This document shows, one piece after another, positions 47,016-56,439 of a stretch of DNA of 64,000 bases. Both the position numbers and the translations under genes were made by a program. The stretch spans positions 496,001 through 560,000 of the forward strand of contig UYFQ01000032.1 of the NCBI GenBank assembly GCA_900617105.1, written 5' to 3'. Position 1 is the first letter of the stretch. Every line of letters starts with the position of its first letter. The notes beneath the pieces are model-generated. The model saw nothing but the letters and a program-made list of their open reading frames with translations, was not told the DNA's origin and ran no database searches. This DNA comes from Hydrurus foetidus (lineage: Eukaryota).

Positions 47016-48513
47016 GAGGCGTTCCCAAATCAGCAAAAACATCGCCGTCATGCATCATTTTCAAACCTTGGACACCGGGGAAAAAGGCGTACATCGTGCC
47101 CAGGGTGCGTACAAACGGCGTGAAGCCTTGAACCGACACCTGCGTGTCACCGTCGCGCTGGGGAATGTCAAAAAAGGCGGTTTTATCGCTGTGGTGACCT
47201 ATCAAGGGGTCTTTGGCGCTGCCTCGGTTGGGCACACCCATCGGGTTGGCATCGGCCCATTCGCTGAGCAAATGTTCAAACTGGTCTTCCAAGCTGGCGC
47301 AAAAAAACAAACCCAGCAGACCACGCTCGACCGGTGGGGCCGTGCTGTCGGCCTCCTCTGCCGCATTCCACACCGGGCCATAGGGGATGCCGCGCCGTAC
47401 CACGGGGCGGCGGCGGGTGGGCACCACCGCATCGGTGCGGGGGTTCATGCGGCGGATGTGGGCACCAAAGGGGCAGCCTACGCCTTCCTCGTCCTCTCTG
47501 AAATTAAAGCCGTCCAGCCCGTCCGGTGGAGGGGCGTGAGGTGACGCAGGGTGCAGCGCAGGGGCTGTGTTCTCGTCGGGCCTCACGACCTGCCCATTGC
47601 GCCAGCGACCCAGCAATTTTGCACGCAAATATTCTGGTAAAACGTTTATGTTATCTGCGTTACGTGCTACAAATTTTTCAAACTCAAGCACGTCTTGCTG
47701 CATAGGGCGGAAGGCACCAAAGCTGGCATTTTTGAAGAAACAGGCGATCTTGGCAGACTGTTCATGTGCGGGAACGCCCGACAAATCAGGCCGCTCGGTG
47801 GCCAGCCGCCATGCGTTGAAGCCTTCGTCATTCGCGTAACCCAGCAGCACTTCGCCGGGTTGGTGGGCATTCTTAGGAGATTTTGGGGAGGCACCTTGGA
47901 TGTGAACTTTCGAGATACCGTCCAGCATCCCGAAATGAACCCGCCGGGCTTTGCGGGCCTCGGGCGTGTGCTCTAGGTGCTGGCCGTCAAAGGCGTTGCG
48001 CCATCCCGCGTCAGTAAAGGCACCGTTGGCGAGCGTTTGCAGCACGGCTTGGGTAGCGTCCAGCGCCGCTGGGGTGTCCGCGTGCCACGTCAGCAAGACG
48101 TGGGCGGTGTGGGGCTCAAAAAGCGGGTTCCAAAACGTGGCCGCATTGCTGCCGGTATCGGCCAAATGCGCTGCGGCCCTGGGGTACGCCCCTTGCGCAA
48201 AGGCACGGGCTTTGTTTTGAAAGACAGCTTGGTAGCGAGGCTGAAGGCCCAAAGCGACGAGGCCGTTGAACGTCAAACCCAAGCCCACGGGGCATTGGTG
48301 CTCAGACAAGCGCTGGCTGACGTGCCTGCGGTGGTGCTCCGCCGTGGTCAGCCAGTGGTCGTGCGCCAGTTGGACGAGAAAGTCTTTGGCCAGACGCGCA
48401 TCCGCCACCGTCAGCACCACGTAGCGGCTGCAGTGCAGGTCGTAGCCCTGGAGCACCAGTTTTTGAATGTCGTTCAGCGCTAGCGTGGGCTGCGGTGTGG
48501 CGGGCGCACTCAT
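46999..48513 (-). CDS. DyP-type heme peroxidase
   Basis: HFGMLDGIS (GxxDG), CPFGAHIRRMNPR, RRGIPYG, RGLLGLFFCASLEDQFE; ATGA overlap with P450 stop. Confidence 0.88.
   Translation of the reverse strand: MSAPATPQPTLALNDIQKLVLQGYDLHCSRYVVLTVADARLAKDFLVQLAHDHWLTTAEHHRRHVSQRLSEHQCPVGLGLTFNGLVALGLQPRYQAVFQNKARAFAQGAYPRAAAHLADTGSNAATFWNPLFEPHTAHVLLTWHADTPAALDATQAVLQTLANGAFTDAGWRNAFDGQHLEHTPEARKARRVHFGMLDGISKVHIQGASPKSPKNAHQPGEVLLGYANDEGFNAWRLATERPDLSGVPAHEQSAKIACFFKNASFGAFRPMQQDVLEFEKFVARNADNINVLPEYLRAKLLGRWRNGQVVRPDENTAPALHPASPHAPPPDGLDGFNFREDEEGVGCPFGAHIRRMNPRTDAVVPTRRRPVVRRGIPYGPVWNAAEEADSTAPPVERGLLGLFFCASLEDQFEHLLSEWADANPMGVPNRGSAKDPLIGHHSDKTAFFDIPQRDGDTQVSVQGFTPFVRTLGTMYAFFPGVQGLKMMHDGDVFADLGTPHAPQP
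47628..47682 (-). repeat. ~55-bp dispersed motif copy (inside DyP gene)
   Basis: core TTTGAAAAATTTGTAGC, GC at +8/9, AC at +21/22, AATATTT at +33. Confidence 0.55.
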
Positions 48514-50426
48514 TGCTTGTGCCTGCACAGGTCATTTTGGATTTGCGCGACTTCGGCCTGGGGATAAGCGCTGAAAAAATAGTCGCCGACCGCACGCTGG
48601 TGAAAGCGCCGGATCGTGTCCACAAACTCTTTGGGGAACTCGTTCACTGGCAGAGGCGGTGCATCTTGGATGTGCTCAAAGATGCGGTCAAAGAGCGGGC
48701 CAATCTGGAGGGCAAAGTGCTCGATATAGGAATCAAAATCACGGTCGTAAATGGTGAAAAGGGCCAGTTTGCTGTCGTGGTCAAACAGCATGAACTGCGC
48801 AAAATGCACATGCTTGGCATCGATCAGTTTTTTCTCGATGCGGGGCGCACCAGCCTGGATGATCTGCTTGAGCTTTTCGGCATGCTCTGAAAGCGGCAGT
48901 TTGACGTTCATGATGACGTTCAACGGCGACTGCTTGATGACGGCTGTACGGTTGAACTCCATCGGGTAGCTTTGGCTGGTATAGCCCCACTTTTTTTGCA
49001 GCCCCAAGCGCTGGCCGGTTCTGGGGCTGATGCGCTCTGCCAAGCCTTCGAGCAGCAGGGTTTGCCGTGCAATATGGGTGATAAGCGGCATCGCCAAATG
49101 CTGGCCCACGCACTGGTGGACAAAGCTGGGGTCACTGGGGTCGCCACCAAAGATCAAGGGGTCGTAGCCTTTTCGGGTTTCGTCGAACTGATCGGCTTCT
49201 TCCGGTTGGTAGGCATTCAAGTCGCGTGTGGCCGCACCTAAGGCCAAGATGACGGTGCTGCCTGCAGGAATGGTGGGGCTACCGCCTTCCGAAAACGAAA
49301 TATCTCGCGTGGTTTTGCGCGGCAAGAAGGCTGCAGGCGGGTTGAGCCGCAGGGCTTCCCAGACAAAGGGGGTGAATGACGCATCTGGCCCGGCTCGGGT
49401 GCCTGACTGCTCTGCGGCTTTGACCGCCGCATCATGGGCGCGCTCCCACACGCCAGCGCCTGAACGAAAGAACTGGTTGATCGTCATGGCTACACCGCTT
49501 TGCACATTGCCTACGGTGCCTGCAATCAGGCCAACAACAATCACCGCCAATTCCATCGCGCTGTAGGGTTCGGGAGTCCCCGGTGTACCTTGAGCTTGTG
49601 CCATGCGCCTGAGCACAGGGCTGAAGGCCTTGAGCGGGAAAGATCGACGGGTAGGCTCGAACGCTTGCACCTCTGCCAATTCAGCGTCGATGGTGGCGAG
49701 TTCATCGGTCTGCGCCAGCCCGATAGGCGATTGGTACAGCCCGATCAAATCGGCCACCCGCTTGGCCAGTGCGCCCAAGGCAGCACTGTTTTCAGGAATC
49801 ACAAAAGGATCGGTGACGAAGTGGCGGGCATAGGTTTGGTAAGCCAGTCCGCTAGAGGCTTTGCGCAGCGCAGCTTCCAGCAGCACATGGTCAGCTTGGG
49901 CAAAGCCAAACAAAAAGCCCACAAAGCGTAAAGCTGCTTGCTCGGCCAGATCGGCCAAGTCAAACGCGCGTTGCTTGAGGGGCAGCACAGCTGCTGTCAT
50001 GAAGCTGATGCTGCACAGCGCCTCAATGGTGGGCGCATCGCAATAGAGGTAGCTTCTGGCAAACTTGTGTTGCTGGGTATGGTCAGCACCGTGGTCAAGG
50101 CCCAGCATGAACGTACCACTGCCCAAGGCTTGGTAGGGCGAATTGCTGAAATCGACCGTGCTGTTTTGGAAAGCCTGCTTCACGTGGTCTCGCACTGTGA
50201 GAAGGTAGACCGTTTGGTGAAACTGGGAGGGGGCCCTGTCTGTGGCGCTTTCTTTGACATCGGCGCGGCTCTGGAACGCCAGCACGGTGGGCGTTTTCAG
50301 CAAGCAGCGGTACAGATCCGCGCGGTCGCGGTCGTCGCTCAGCCAAGTGAACAGCAGGTGGTTGGCGTGCTGTGGATTGCGTTGGTTTGTTGCGTTGAAT
50401 TCATCGAGCTTCGTCAATGTTGTCAT
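48510..50426 (-). CDS. atypical cytochrome P450 fused to a C-terminal ~135-aa domain
   Basis: EALR (ExxR), FLPR, heme Cys HQCVGQHLA, I-helix GLIAGTVGNVQ; tail PLNVIMNV..HVHFAQF..FTIYDRDF..FFSAYP. Confidence 0.82.
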   Translation of the reverse strand: MTTLTKLDEFNATNQRNPQHANHLLFTWLSDDRDRADLYRCLLKTPTVLAFQSRADVKESATDRAPSQFHQTVYLLTVRDHVKQAFQNSTVDFSNSPYQALGSGTFMLGLDHGADHTQQHKFARSYLYCDAPTIEALCSISFMTAAVLPLKQRAFDLADLAEQAALRFVGFLFGFAQADHVLLEAALRKASSGLAYQTYARHFVTDPFVIPENSAALGALAKRVADLIGLYQSPIGLAQTDELATIDAELAEVQAFEPTRRSFPLKAFSPVLRRMAQAQGTPGTPEPYSAMELAVIVVGLIAGTVGNVQSGVAMTINQFFRSGAGVWERAHDAAVKAAEQSGTRAGPDASFTPFVWEALRLNPPAAFLPRKTTRDISFSEGGSPTIPAGSTVILALGAATRDLNAYQPEEADQFDETRKGYDPLIFGGDPSDPSFVHQCVGQHLAMPLITHIARQTLLLEGLAERISPRTGQRLGLQKKWGYTSQSYPMEFNRTAVIKQSPLNVIMNVKLPLSEHAEKLKQIIQAGAPRIEKKLIDAKHVHFAQFMLFDHDSKLALFTIYDRDFDSYIEHFALQIGPLFDRIFEHIQDAPPLPVNEFPKEFVDTIRRFHQRAVGDYFFSAYPQAEVAQIQNDLCRHKQ

Positions 50427-50459
50427 TCCAGTCCCCTTTTAAATGCGTGTCTGTACGTG

Positions 50460-53400
50460 CTAAACCACCTGTGGCACTCCTTCAAGCATGTTCAGCAAAT
50501 GCGCTGCGGACACCCCATCATGCGTGCTCAAGTCTTCTTTCATGTTGCTCATGGCCAAGCGCAAAGCGTGTTGCGCCTCAGGAATGCGGCCTTGGCGCAT
50601 CCACAGCCGCGCCAAACTGGTGGCAGCACGCAGGGCCAGCGCATCGAGTTGACGGCTGCGGGAGAAATCCAGTGCGCTGCTGAACCAGCGCTCAGCCTCG
50701 GCTTGGCGGTCTTGGCCCTGTAGCGCCGCCGATTGCAACAGCAATTCGCCGTAAAGGCGGCGAATTTCAGGCTCGTAGTAGCGCTCGCCATAGCGTGAAA
50801 CCAAATCAAACGCGGTTTGCAGCAGCGGCAAGCCTTCAATGGGCCGCCCAGCCAGGGCATAACCTTCGGCTTGGATGGCAAGGTAAAAAGCCCGCGTCAC
50901 CACCGCCCCCGTGGCCACCCACATGCTGTAACCCTCGGCCATCTCTGCAATCCCCGCCGTAGCGTCACCCAGTTGCGCCACAGCACGGCCATGGATCAGT
51001 TTGGCATGGGCCAGCCAGACGGCAAAACCGCCTTCTTCGCAGATATCTTTGGCACGTTGCGCATCGTGCAGCGCTTGGGGGTATTCGCCGCGAAAGTAAT
51101 GCAGCATGGCTACCAGCCCAAAGGCTTCACCCTGGCTGAACTTGTGCTTAAGTTGCTCAGCCAGCGCAATGGCAGATTGCCCACGGCGCAAGGCGTCTTG
51201 CGGGTAGCCCAACTCCCATTGGGCCAAGGCGCTGTAGCACAGGCACATCACGCCGGGGTCTTGCACCGCGCCGGGGCGGTGGGCCAGCTGCTGGTAATGG
51301 GCCAGACTCTCGTCCATATGGGCCACCGCAGAGACCAACTCCCCTTGGTGGAACAAAATATTGGCGACAGCCCAGGTGGCCTGCACTTGGCGCATAGGGT
51401 CGCTGGATTGGCTGACCAAATCAGCCGCTTGGGCAGCGATGGCATGGGCTTGGCCAAAGTTACCGCGCATAAAGTGGTAGCCCTCCAGACCGAACTGCAC
51501 TTTCAGCAGCGCACGCTGGTCGCCACTGGCACGGCAAAGCACCAACGCCCGCTGGTAAATCGCCCCGACACGCTCGGCGCCATAGCCTTCGGTCGCGATG
51601 AGCTGCCCAGCCAGCAGCAGTTGCAGGCTGAGCTCGGCGCGGTCACGCTCTTGGCTGGTGGGCAGCATGTCCACCAAAGCCAAGCCCTGCCCCAAATGGC
51701 TGATCGCCTCTTCGTGGGCTGAGCGCGAGAGGGCCATGCGGGCGGCCAGCTCCCAGTGTTGCAAAGCCAGGGCGTGGATACCCGCGCCGGTGTAGTGGTA
51801 AGCCAGCATTTCGGGCTGGCTGCGTGCCAATTCAGGAAAGCACTCGTTCACGGTCAGCGCGATGGCCCGGTGAAACTTGCGGCGATCGCGCTCCCAAAGA
51901 GATTGGTAAGCGGCGTCGCGCATCAGGGCGTGCTTGAAGAAATAGCTTTTGCCTTCCCTGCCTCGCCCATCCCCGCCTCCCGCACCTTTTTGCCCCCCTT
52001 TTTCCATCAGCATGCCAGACACCACCAGCGCATGCAGTCGCCCAGCCAAGTTGTCGGCCCGCAGGGGTGAGCTGTCGTGCGCCAGCACAGCTTCCATCAA
52101 GCTCAAAGAAAACTCACGACCCATGGCGCTGCCCAGTTGGGCGATGTGTTTGGCCCCCGCCAAGCGGTCAAGCCGCGCCATCAGCAGGTCTTGTATCGTG
52201 CCAGGCACGGTAAGCGTGAGGGTGGATACGCCGTCGCGAAGGTCATCGGCTTCCCCAGCGGGACTGATGGCGGTACTGCTGTGGACCACGTTGTCGGCTT
52301 TGAGATCGAGCAGCATGCGGGCCGATTCTTCGATAAACAGGGGCACGCCATCGGCCTTGTCCGCCAATAGCCGAATCGCTTCGCTTGGCAACGGGAAATC
52401 GCCGTAGATGCTTCGGATCATGCTCTGGGTAGCCTCAGGTGTCAGGCCTTTCAACTCCATTTCTTTGACGGCAAAATCAGGCTTTCGCCCCGCTGCAGCT
52501 TCGGTACGTTGGGTGAGCAACAACATCAAAGGCAGGTCTGTGGAAGCCAGTACCACCTGCTTAAGCAGCTCTCGACTGGACGGGTCTAGCCACTGCACGT
52601 CTTCAACCACCAAGCACATGGGGGCGCGGCGTGCCTCTTGGGTAATCCAGCTCACCAGAACTTGGATGGTCACTTGACGTTGCTTTTCGGTAGAAATTTG
52701 GGCCTCTGCTGCCGCGTCACTCCCTGTGGCCGTAGGGCTGAGCTCCTGCGGTATGCCCAAAAGCATGGCCATGGCGTTGAGCGCAGCCAAAGTGTCAAAG
52801 GGAATACGGTGCTCCGTGCGTCGCTCAATACCGCCGAAGACCGTGTCCAAACGCAAACCGGCCTCCAGTTTGGTCAGTTTTTGGACTGCGGTATCGGATT
52901 CTTGAATCTTCAACCAGCGTCGCAGCAAATCCGTAACAGGTCTGAAGGCGCTGTTGGCATGGTCAGGGGTACAGCGGCACTCCCGCGTCAGGTGATTGCG
53001 GGCTATGAGCGCATGCCGAAACTCACGCACCAGCCGGGTTTTACCTATGCCGGCTTCACCCGACACCAAAACGGCTATCCCCGTGCTCTGGCAGGTTTGT
53101 GACCAGCGCTCTTGCAACCAGCCCAGCTCGCGTGCGCGGCCCACGAAGCGGGTGGGTAGTGGCGCTGATTCAGGTGGACTGCTGTAGGCTTGGCGCTCGC
53201 CCAGCAGGCGGTAGGCGGTGCCAGGGCGGTCAATGCCCTTGAGCAGAGGCACCTGCTCCAAAGGTGAAAAATCGAATTGAAGCTTCACTATTTGGCGTGT
53301 GGATTCGCTGACCACCGCTGTTCCCGGTGCCGCAATAGACTGCAAGCGTGCAGCAAAGTGAATCGCTACACCCACCGGCATACCAGCCTTGACGGCGACC

Positions 53401-54791
53401 GATCCCGTCACAATGCCAATGCGAATGCGCAGTTGCAATTGGGCCACCGCCTCCACCATCTCCAGCGCAGCGCGCAAGCACTGTGCGGCGGCGTTTTCAA
53501 AGGCCACGTGCAGGCCAAAGTAACACATCACGCCATCACTGCCCTGTGGATCGTTGGCCACCCCACCCCACTTCACCACAATTTGGGCGCAGCAGGCGTG
53601 GTAGTTGTCCAGCACATCGCTGTACTTCTCTGGCCCCAGTGCATTCAGCAGCTTGGTGGAATCCACCAAATCGTAAGACAACACCGTGACCTGCCGCTGG
53701 TTGTTGACCTCTTGCGGTGGGAGGGTCGGTTGGGCCACGACCGCTGTAGCATCACCGTACAGCGAGGTGTCCAGACAGGCCGATACGGACAGTGTGGCTG
53801 AGCCCTGCGTCACCAAAGCCGCATCGCGCAGTGCTCCACCCAAACTCGCGCCCCGCGCCAAGGCTTTGTAAAACTCGGCCATGTAGCTGGGTTGGTCATC
53901 GCCTGCGAGCAAGGTGTTGCGAAACAAGGCGCTCAAACCTGCGCGGCTGATGCTACTGGCCAGCAGTGCATGGTCATCCCGTGCCCGATGCAGAGTGCTG
54001 GTGAGTGCTTGAGGCGCGCGGCCCATGTCGGTATCGGTACGCTCGAAAATAAGCAGCGCCGGTGGCAAGGCCAAACCTGACAGTTCATGCACCGACACAG
54101 CCCCCGTGCCCGGCTCACCTGCCGCAGGGCGTACCGTGGCAACCAAAGGGCCAATGCAGTGAACGACATCGCTTTCGCCTACCAACCGCAGCAGCTGGGC
54201 ATGGGCCAGCTCATAGGCCACCAAACCTTTGACCGAAATGCCCTCTACCCCTTCCAAGCGACGCAGCAGGCCCTGGGCATACAGGTGGCCAAAGTGCAGC
54301 TCATCGTCCGTGTGAACCACCAGCACCTTGAGTTCATCCACCACCGTTCGGATGGGGGATGGGGCGGTGGCCGGCTGGTCTGACAGCAGATACCGCGAGA
54401 CCACAAACTTATGGCCCCAAAACTGCTGGCCATCAAAGGCTGCTTCCCAGGGGACGGGCTGCAAAGCCTCGTTGATTTGCAAGAACAAGGGCCGCTCTGG
54501 GCTTTCCACCAAAAAGAGACCGATGGATGGTGGCACCAGCCGTGAAAAAATCAGCTGACCCAAGCGGTGAATCCGGTCGTCTTGGCTGCTGTAGTCTGTT
54601 TCCTCGAACGAAGGGGCGGAGGGTTGACGAAGCAGCATCGCCGCTTCAGTCGTGATGTCGTCGAGCGCAGCCGCACTGACAGCGATGACCCCTATGCGCC
54701 CCACGGTGCGCGAATCACTCAGCGATGCCGAGACAAAGCCATGCTCCCACATCAAAGTGAGGCTGATAGGGCGAATGTCAGGGCTGTGCAT
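50460..54791 (-). CDS. multidomain sensor: degenerate CHAT + class III cyclase + AAA/STAND-like NTPase + TPR-like repeats
   Basis: VPWEAAFD/VVHCIG/EFYKAL/LYGD (CHAT-like); RQVTVLSYDLVDST, GSDGVMCYFG, AARLQ (cyclase); FVGRARE, GEAGIGKT, VVEDVQW, DGVPLFIEE, FKHALMRDAAY; helical C-terminus. Confidence 0.85.
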   Translation of the reverse strand: MHSPDIRPISLTLMWEHGFVSASLSDSRTVGRIGVIAVSAAALDDITTEAAMLLRQPSAPSFEETDYSSQDDRIHRLGQLIFSRLVPPSIGLFLVESPERPLFLQINEALQPVPWEAAFDGQQFWGHKFVVSRYLLSDQPATAPSPIRTVVDELKVLVVHTDDELHFGHLYAQGLLRRLEGVEGISVKGLVAYELAHAQLLRLVGESDVVHCIGPLVATVRPAAGEPGTGAVSVHELSGLALPPALLIFERTDTDMGRAPQALTSTLHRARDDHALLASSISRAGLSALFRNTLLAGDDQPSYMAEFYKALARGASLGGALRDAALVTQGSATLSVSACLDTSLYGDATAVVAQPTLPPQEVNNQRQVTVLSYDLVDSTKLLNALGPEKYSDVLDNYHACCAQIVVKWGGVANDPQGSDGVMCYFGLHVAFENAAAQCLRAALEMVEAVAQLQLRIRIGIVTGSVAVKAGMPVGVAIHFAARLQSIAAPGTAVVSESTRQIVKLQFDFSPLEQVPLLKGIDRPGTAYRLLGERQAYSSPPESAPLPTRFVGRARELGWLQERWSQTCQSTGIAVLVSGEAGIGKTRLVREFRHALIARNHLTRECRCTPDHANSAFRPVTDLLRRWLKIQESDTAVQKLTKLEAGLRLDTVFGGIERRTEHRIPFDTLAALNAMAMLLGIPQELSPTATGSDAAAEAQISTEKQRQVTIQVLVSWITQEARRAPMCLVVEDVQWLDPSSRELLKQVVLASTDLPLMLLLTQRTEAAAGRKPDFAVKEMELKGLTPEATQSMIRSIYGDFPLPSEAIRLLADKADGVPLFIEESARMLLDLKADNVVHSSTAISPAGEADDLRDGVSTLTLTVPGTIQDLLMARLDRLAGAKHIAQLGSAMGREFSLSLMEAVLAHDSSPLRADNLAGRLHALVVSGMLMEKGGQKGAGGGDGRGREGKSYFFKHALMRDAAYQSLWERDRRKFHRAIALTVNECFPELARSQPEMLAYHYTGAGIHALALQHWELAARMALSRSAHEEAISHLGQGLALVDMLPTSQERDRAELSLQLLLAGQLIATEGYGAERVGAIYQRALVLCRASGDQRALLKVQFGLEGYHFMRGNFGQAHAIAAQAADLVSQSSDPMRQVQATWAVANILFHQGELVSAVAHMDESLAHYQQLAHRPGAVQDPGVMCLCYSALAQWELGYPQDALRRGQSAIALAEQLKHKFSQGEAFGLVAMLHYFRGEYPQALHDAQRAKDICEEGGFAVWLAHAKLIHGRAVAQLGDATAGIAEMAEGYSMWVATGAVVTRAFYLAIQAEGYALAGRPIEGLPLLQTAFDLVSRYGERYYEPEIRRLYGELLLQSAALQGQDRQAEAERWFSSALDFSRSRQLDALALRAATSLARLWMRQGRIPEAQHALRLAMSNMKEDLSTHDGVSAAHLLNMLEGVPQVV

Positions 54792-54840
54792 GGCGCAGCG
54801 ACTTGGGGTGGCGAGATGCTCTTTTACACGTTGATGCGGC

Positions 54841-55632
54841 CTATTGGTGTTGGAACACGGCTTTGCGCTTGTTCACAAACGCATCCATGCCTTCTTTTTG
54901 GTCACGGGTAGCAAACAGCGCGTGGAACATGCGGCGCTCGAACATGATGCCGTCAGACAAACCGCCCTCAAAGGCCCGGTTCACCGACTCTTTGGCCGCC
55001 ATGGTGGCGATCTGCGAGAAATCGCTGATGACCAATGCAGCACCTAAGGCTTCGTCCATTAATTTATCCAAAGGCACGATACGGCTGACCAGCCCTGCCC
55101 GCTCGGCTTCGGTCGCGTCCATCATGCGCCCTGTGAGAGCCATGTCCATCGCTTTGGCTTTGCCAACCGCACGCGGCAAACGCTGCGTGCCGCCGGCACC
55201 GGGAATCACACCCAGCTTGATCTCGGGCTGGCCAAAGCGGGTGTTGTCGGCCGCGATGATGAAATCGCACATCATCGCCAGCTCACAGCCCCCGCCCAAA
55301 GCAAAACCACTCACCGCCGCGATGACGGGCTTGCGAACACCACGGATGGCTTCCCAGTTACGGGTGATGTAGTCGTTTTTGTAAACATCCGCAAAGCTGT
55401 AGCTTGCCATCGCCCCAATGTCGGCACCTGCGGCAAAAGCCTTTTCGCTACCCGTGACCACCATGCAGCCAATGGATGGATCGGCATCAAACGCCTTGAG
55501 CGCGGCACCCAGCTCGTCCATCAACGCATCGTTCAACGCATTGAGCTGTTTAGGCCGGTTCAGGGTGATGATGCCGACTTTGCCAGCCTCGGTGCGGACC
55601 AAAATGTTCTCGTAGTTCATGGTGGGTTCCAT
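54841..55632 (-). CDS. enoyl-CoA hydratase
   Basis: [43 protein letters not shown]. Confidence 0.95.
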   Translation of the reverse strand: MEPTMNYENILVRTEAGKVGIITLNRPKQLNALNDALMDELGAALKAFDADPSIGCMVVTGSEKAFAAGADIGAMASYSFADVYKNDYITRNWEAIRGVRKPVIAAVSGFALGGGCELAMMCDFIIAADNTRFGQPEIKLGVIPGAGGTQRLPRAVGKAKAMDMALTGRMMDATEAERAGLVSRIVPLDKLMDEALGAALVISDFSQIATMAAKESVNRAFEGGLSDGIMFERRMFHALFATRDQKEGMDAFVNKRKAVFQHQ

Positions 55633-55767
55633 TTTCTTGTGCTTCTGGTGTGTTGCTTGTTTGTAAACTTGGCAAGACTATAACCAAGAGACCCAACAAG
55701 CGGTAATGCCTTGGCATTTGAGGGTGAATGCTTTTCTTGAGATAAACGCAGACAAAGGAACCCCGTG

Positions 55768-56439
55768 ATGCGTATTTTGCTGGTGGAAGACAACCTACAG
55801 TTGTCTGAGTGGTTGGCACGTACCCTAGAGAGAGAGCGCTATATCGTTGAATGTGTAGGTAACGGTGAAGAGGCCAATTTCCGCCTGCGTACCGAGGTGT
55901 ATGACTTGGTGATTCTGGATTTGGGCCTACCGCAGATGCGAGGCGAAGAGGTATTGAGCCGTCTAAGGGCTCGCAATAACCACATGCCCGTGCTTATCTT
56001 GACGGCACGTGATGACATTCAAAGCCGCATTCATGGCCTGGATATGGGGGCCGATGACTACATGGTCAAGCCCTTTGATGTGGCTGAGCTGGAAGCCCGT
56101 GTCCGCGTGCTGTTGCGCCGCTCAGCCAACCACATGAACCCCGTGGTGCAGTGCGGTAACTTGGTGTTTGACACCAACACCCAGCAATTTTCAGTGAACC
56201 AGCAAGCACTGTCGCTAACACCCAGAGAACAGGCTTTGCTGCACACCTTGGTGATGAAGGTCGGAAAGACCGTCAGTAAGCAAGCGATTTCGGAAGCCTT
56301 GTTTACCGTCAATGAAACCGTGTCGTCAGATGCGATTGAAATCTACATTCACCGGTTGCGCAAAAAACTCCAATCCTCGCAGGCCTGCATCGTGACCCTG
56401 CGCGGGCTGGGTTATGTGCTGACACACGATGGTATTTAG
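55768..56439 (+). CDS. OmpR-family response regulator, TctD-like
   Basis: LLVED, ILDLGLP, GADDYMVKPF, IEIYIHRLRKKL, TLRGLGY. Confidence 0.9.
   Translation: MRILLVEDNLQLSEWLARTLERERYIVECVGNGEEANFRLRTEVYDLVILDLGLPQMRGEEVLSRLRARNNHMPVLILTARDDIQSRIHGLDMGADDYMVKPFDVAELEARVRVLLRRSANHMNPVVQCGNLVFDTNTQQFSVNQQALSLTPREQALLHTLVMKVGKTVSKQAISEALFTVNETVSSDAIEIYIHRLRKKLQSSQACIVTLRGLGYVLTHDGI

Noticed and set aside
44850..54840. Integrative element or prophage at tRNA-Met carrying the P450 cassette
   Set aside because: The cassette lies on the 5' side of the tRNA. I saw no integrase and no duplicated tRNA end, and the DyP gene contains a host-type repeat copy.
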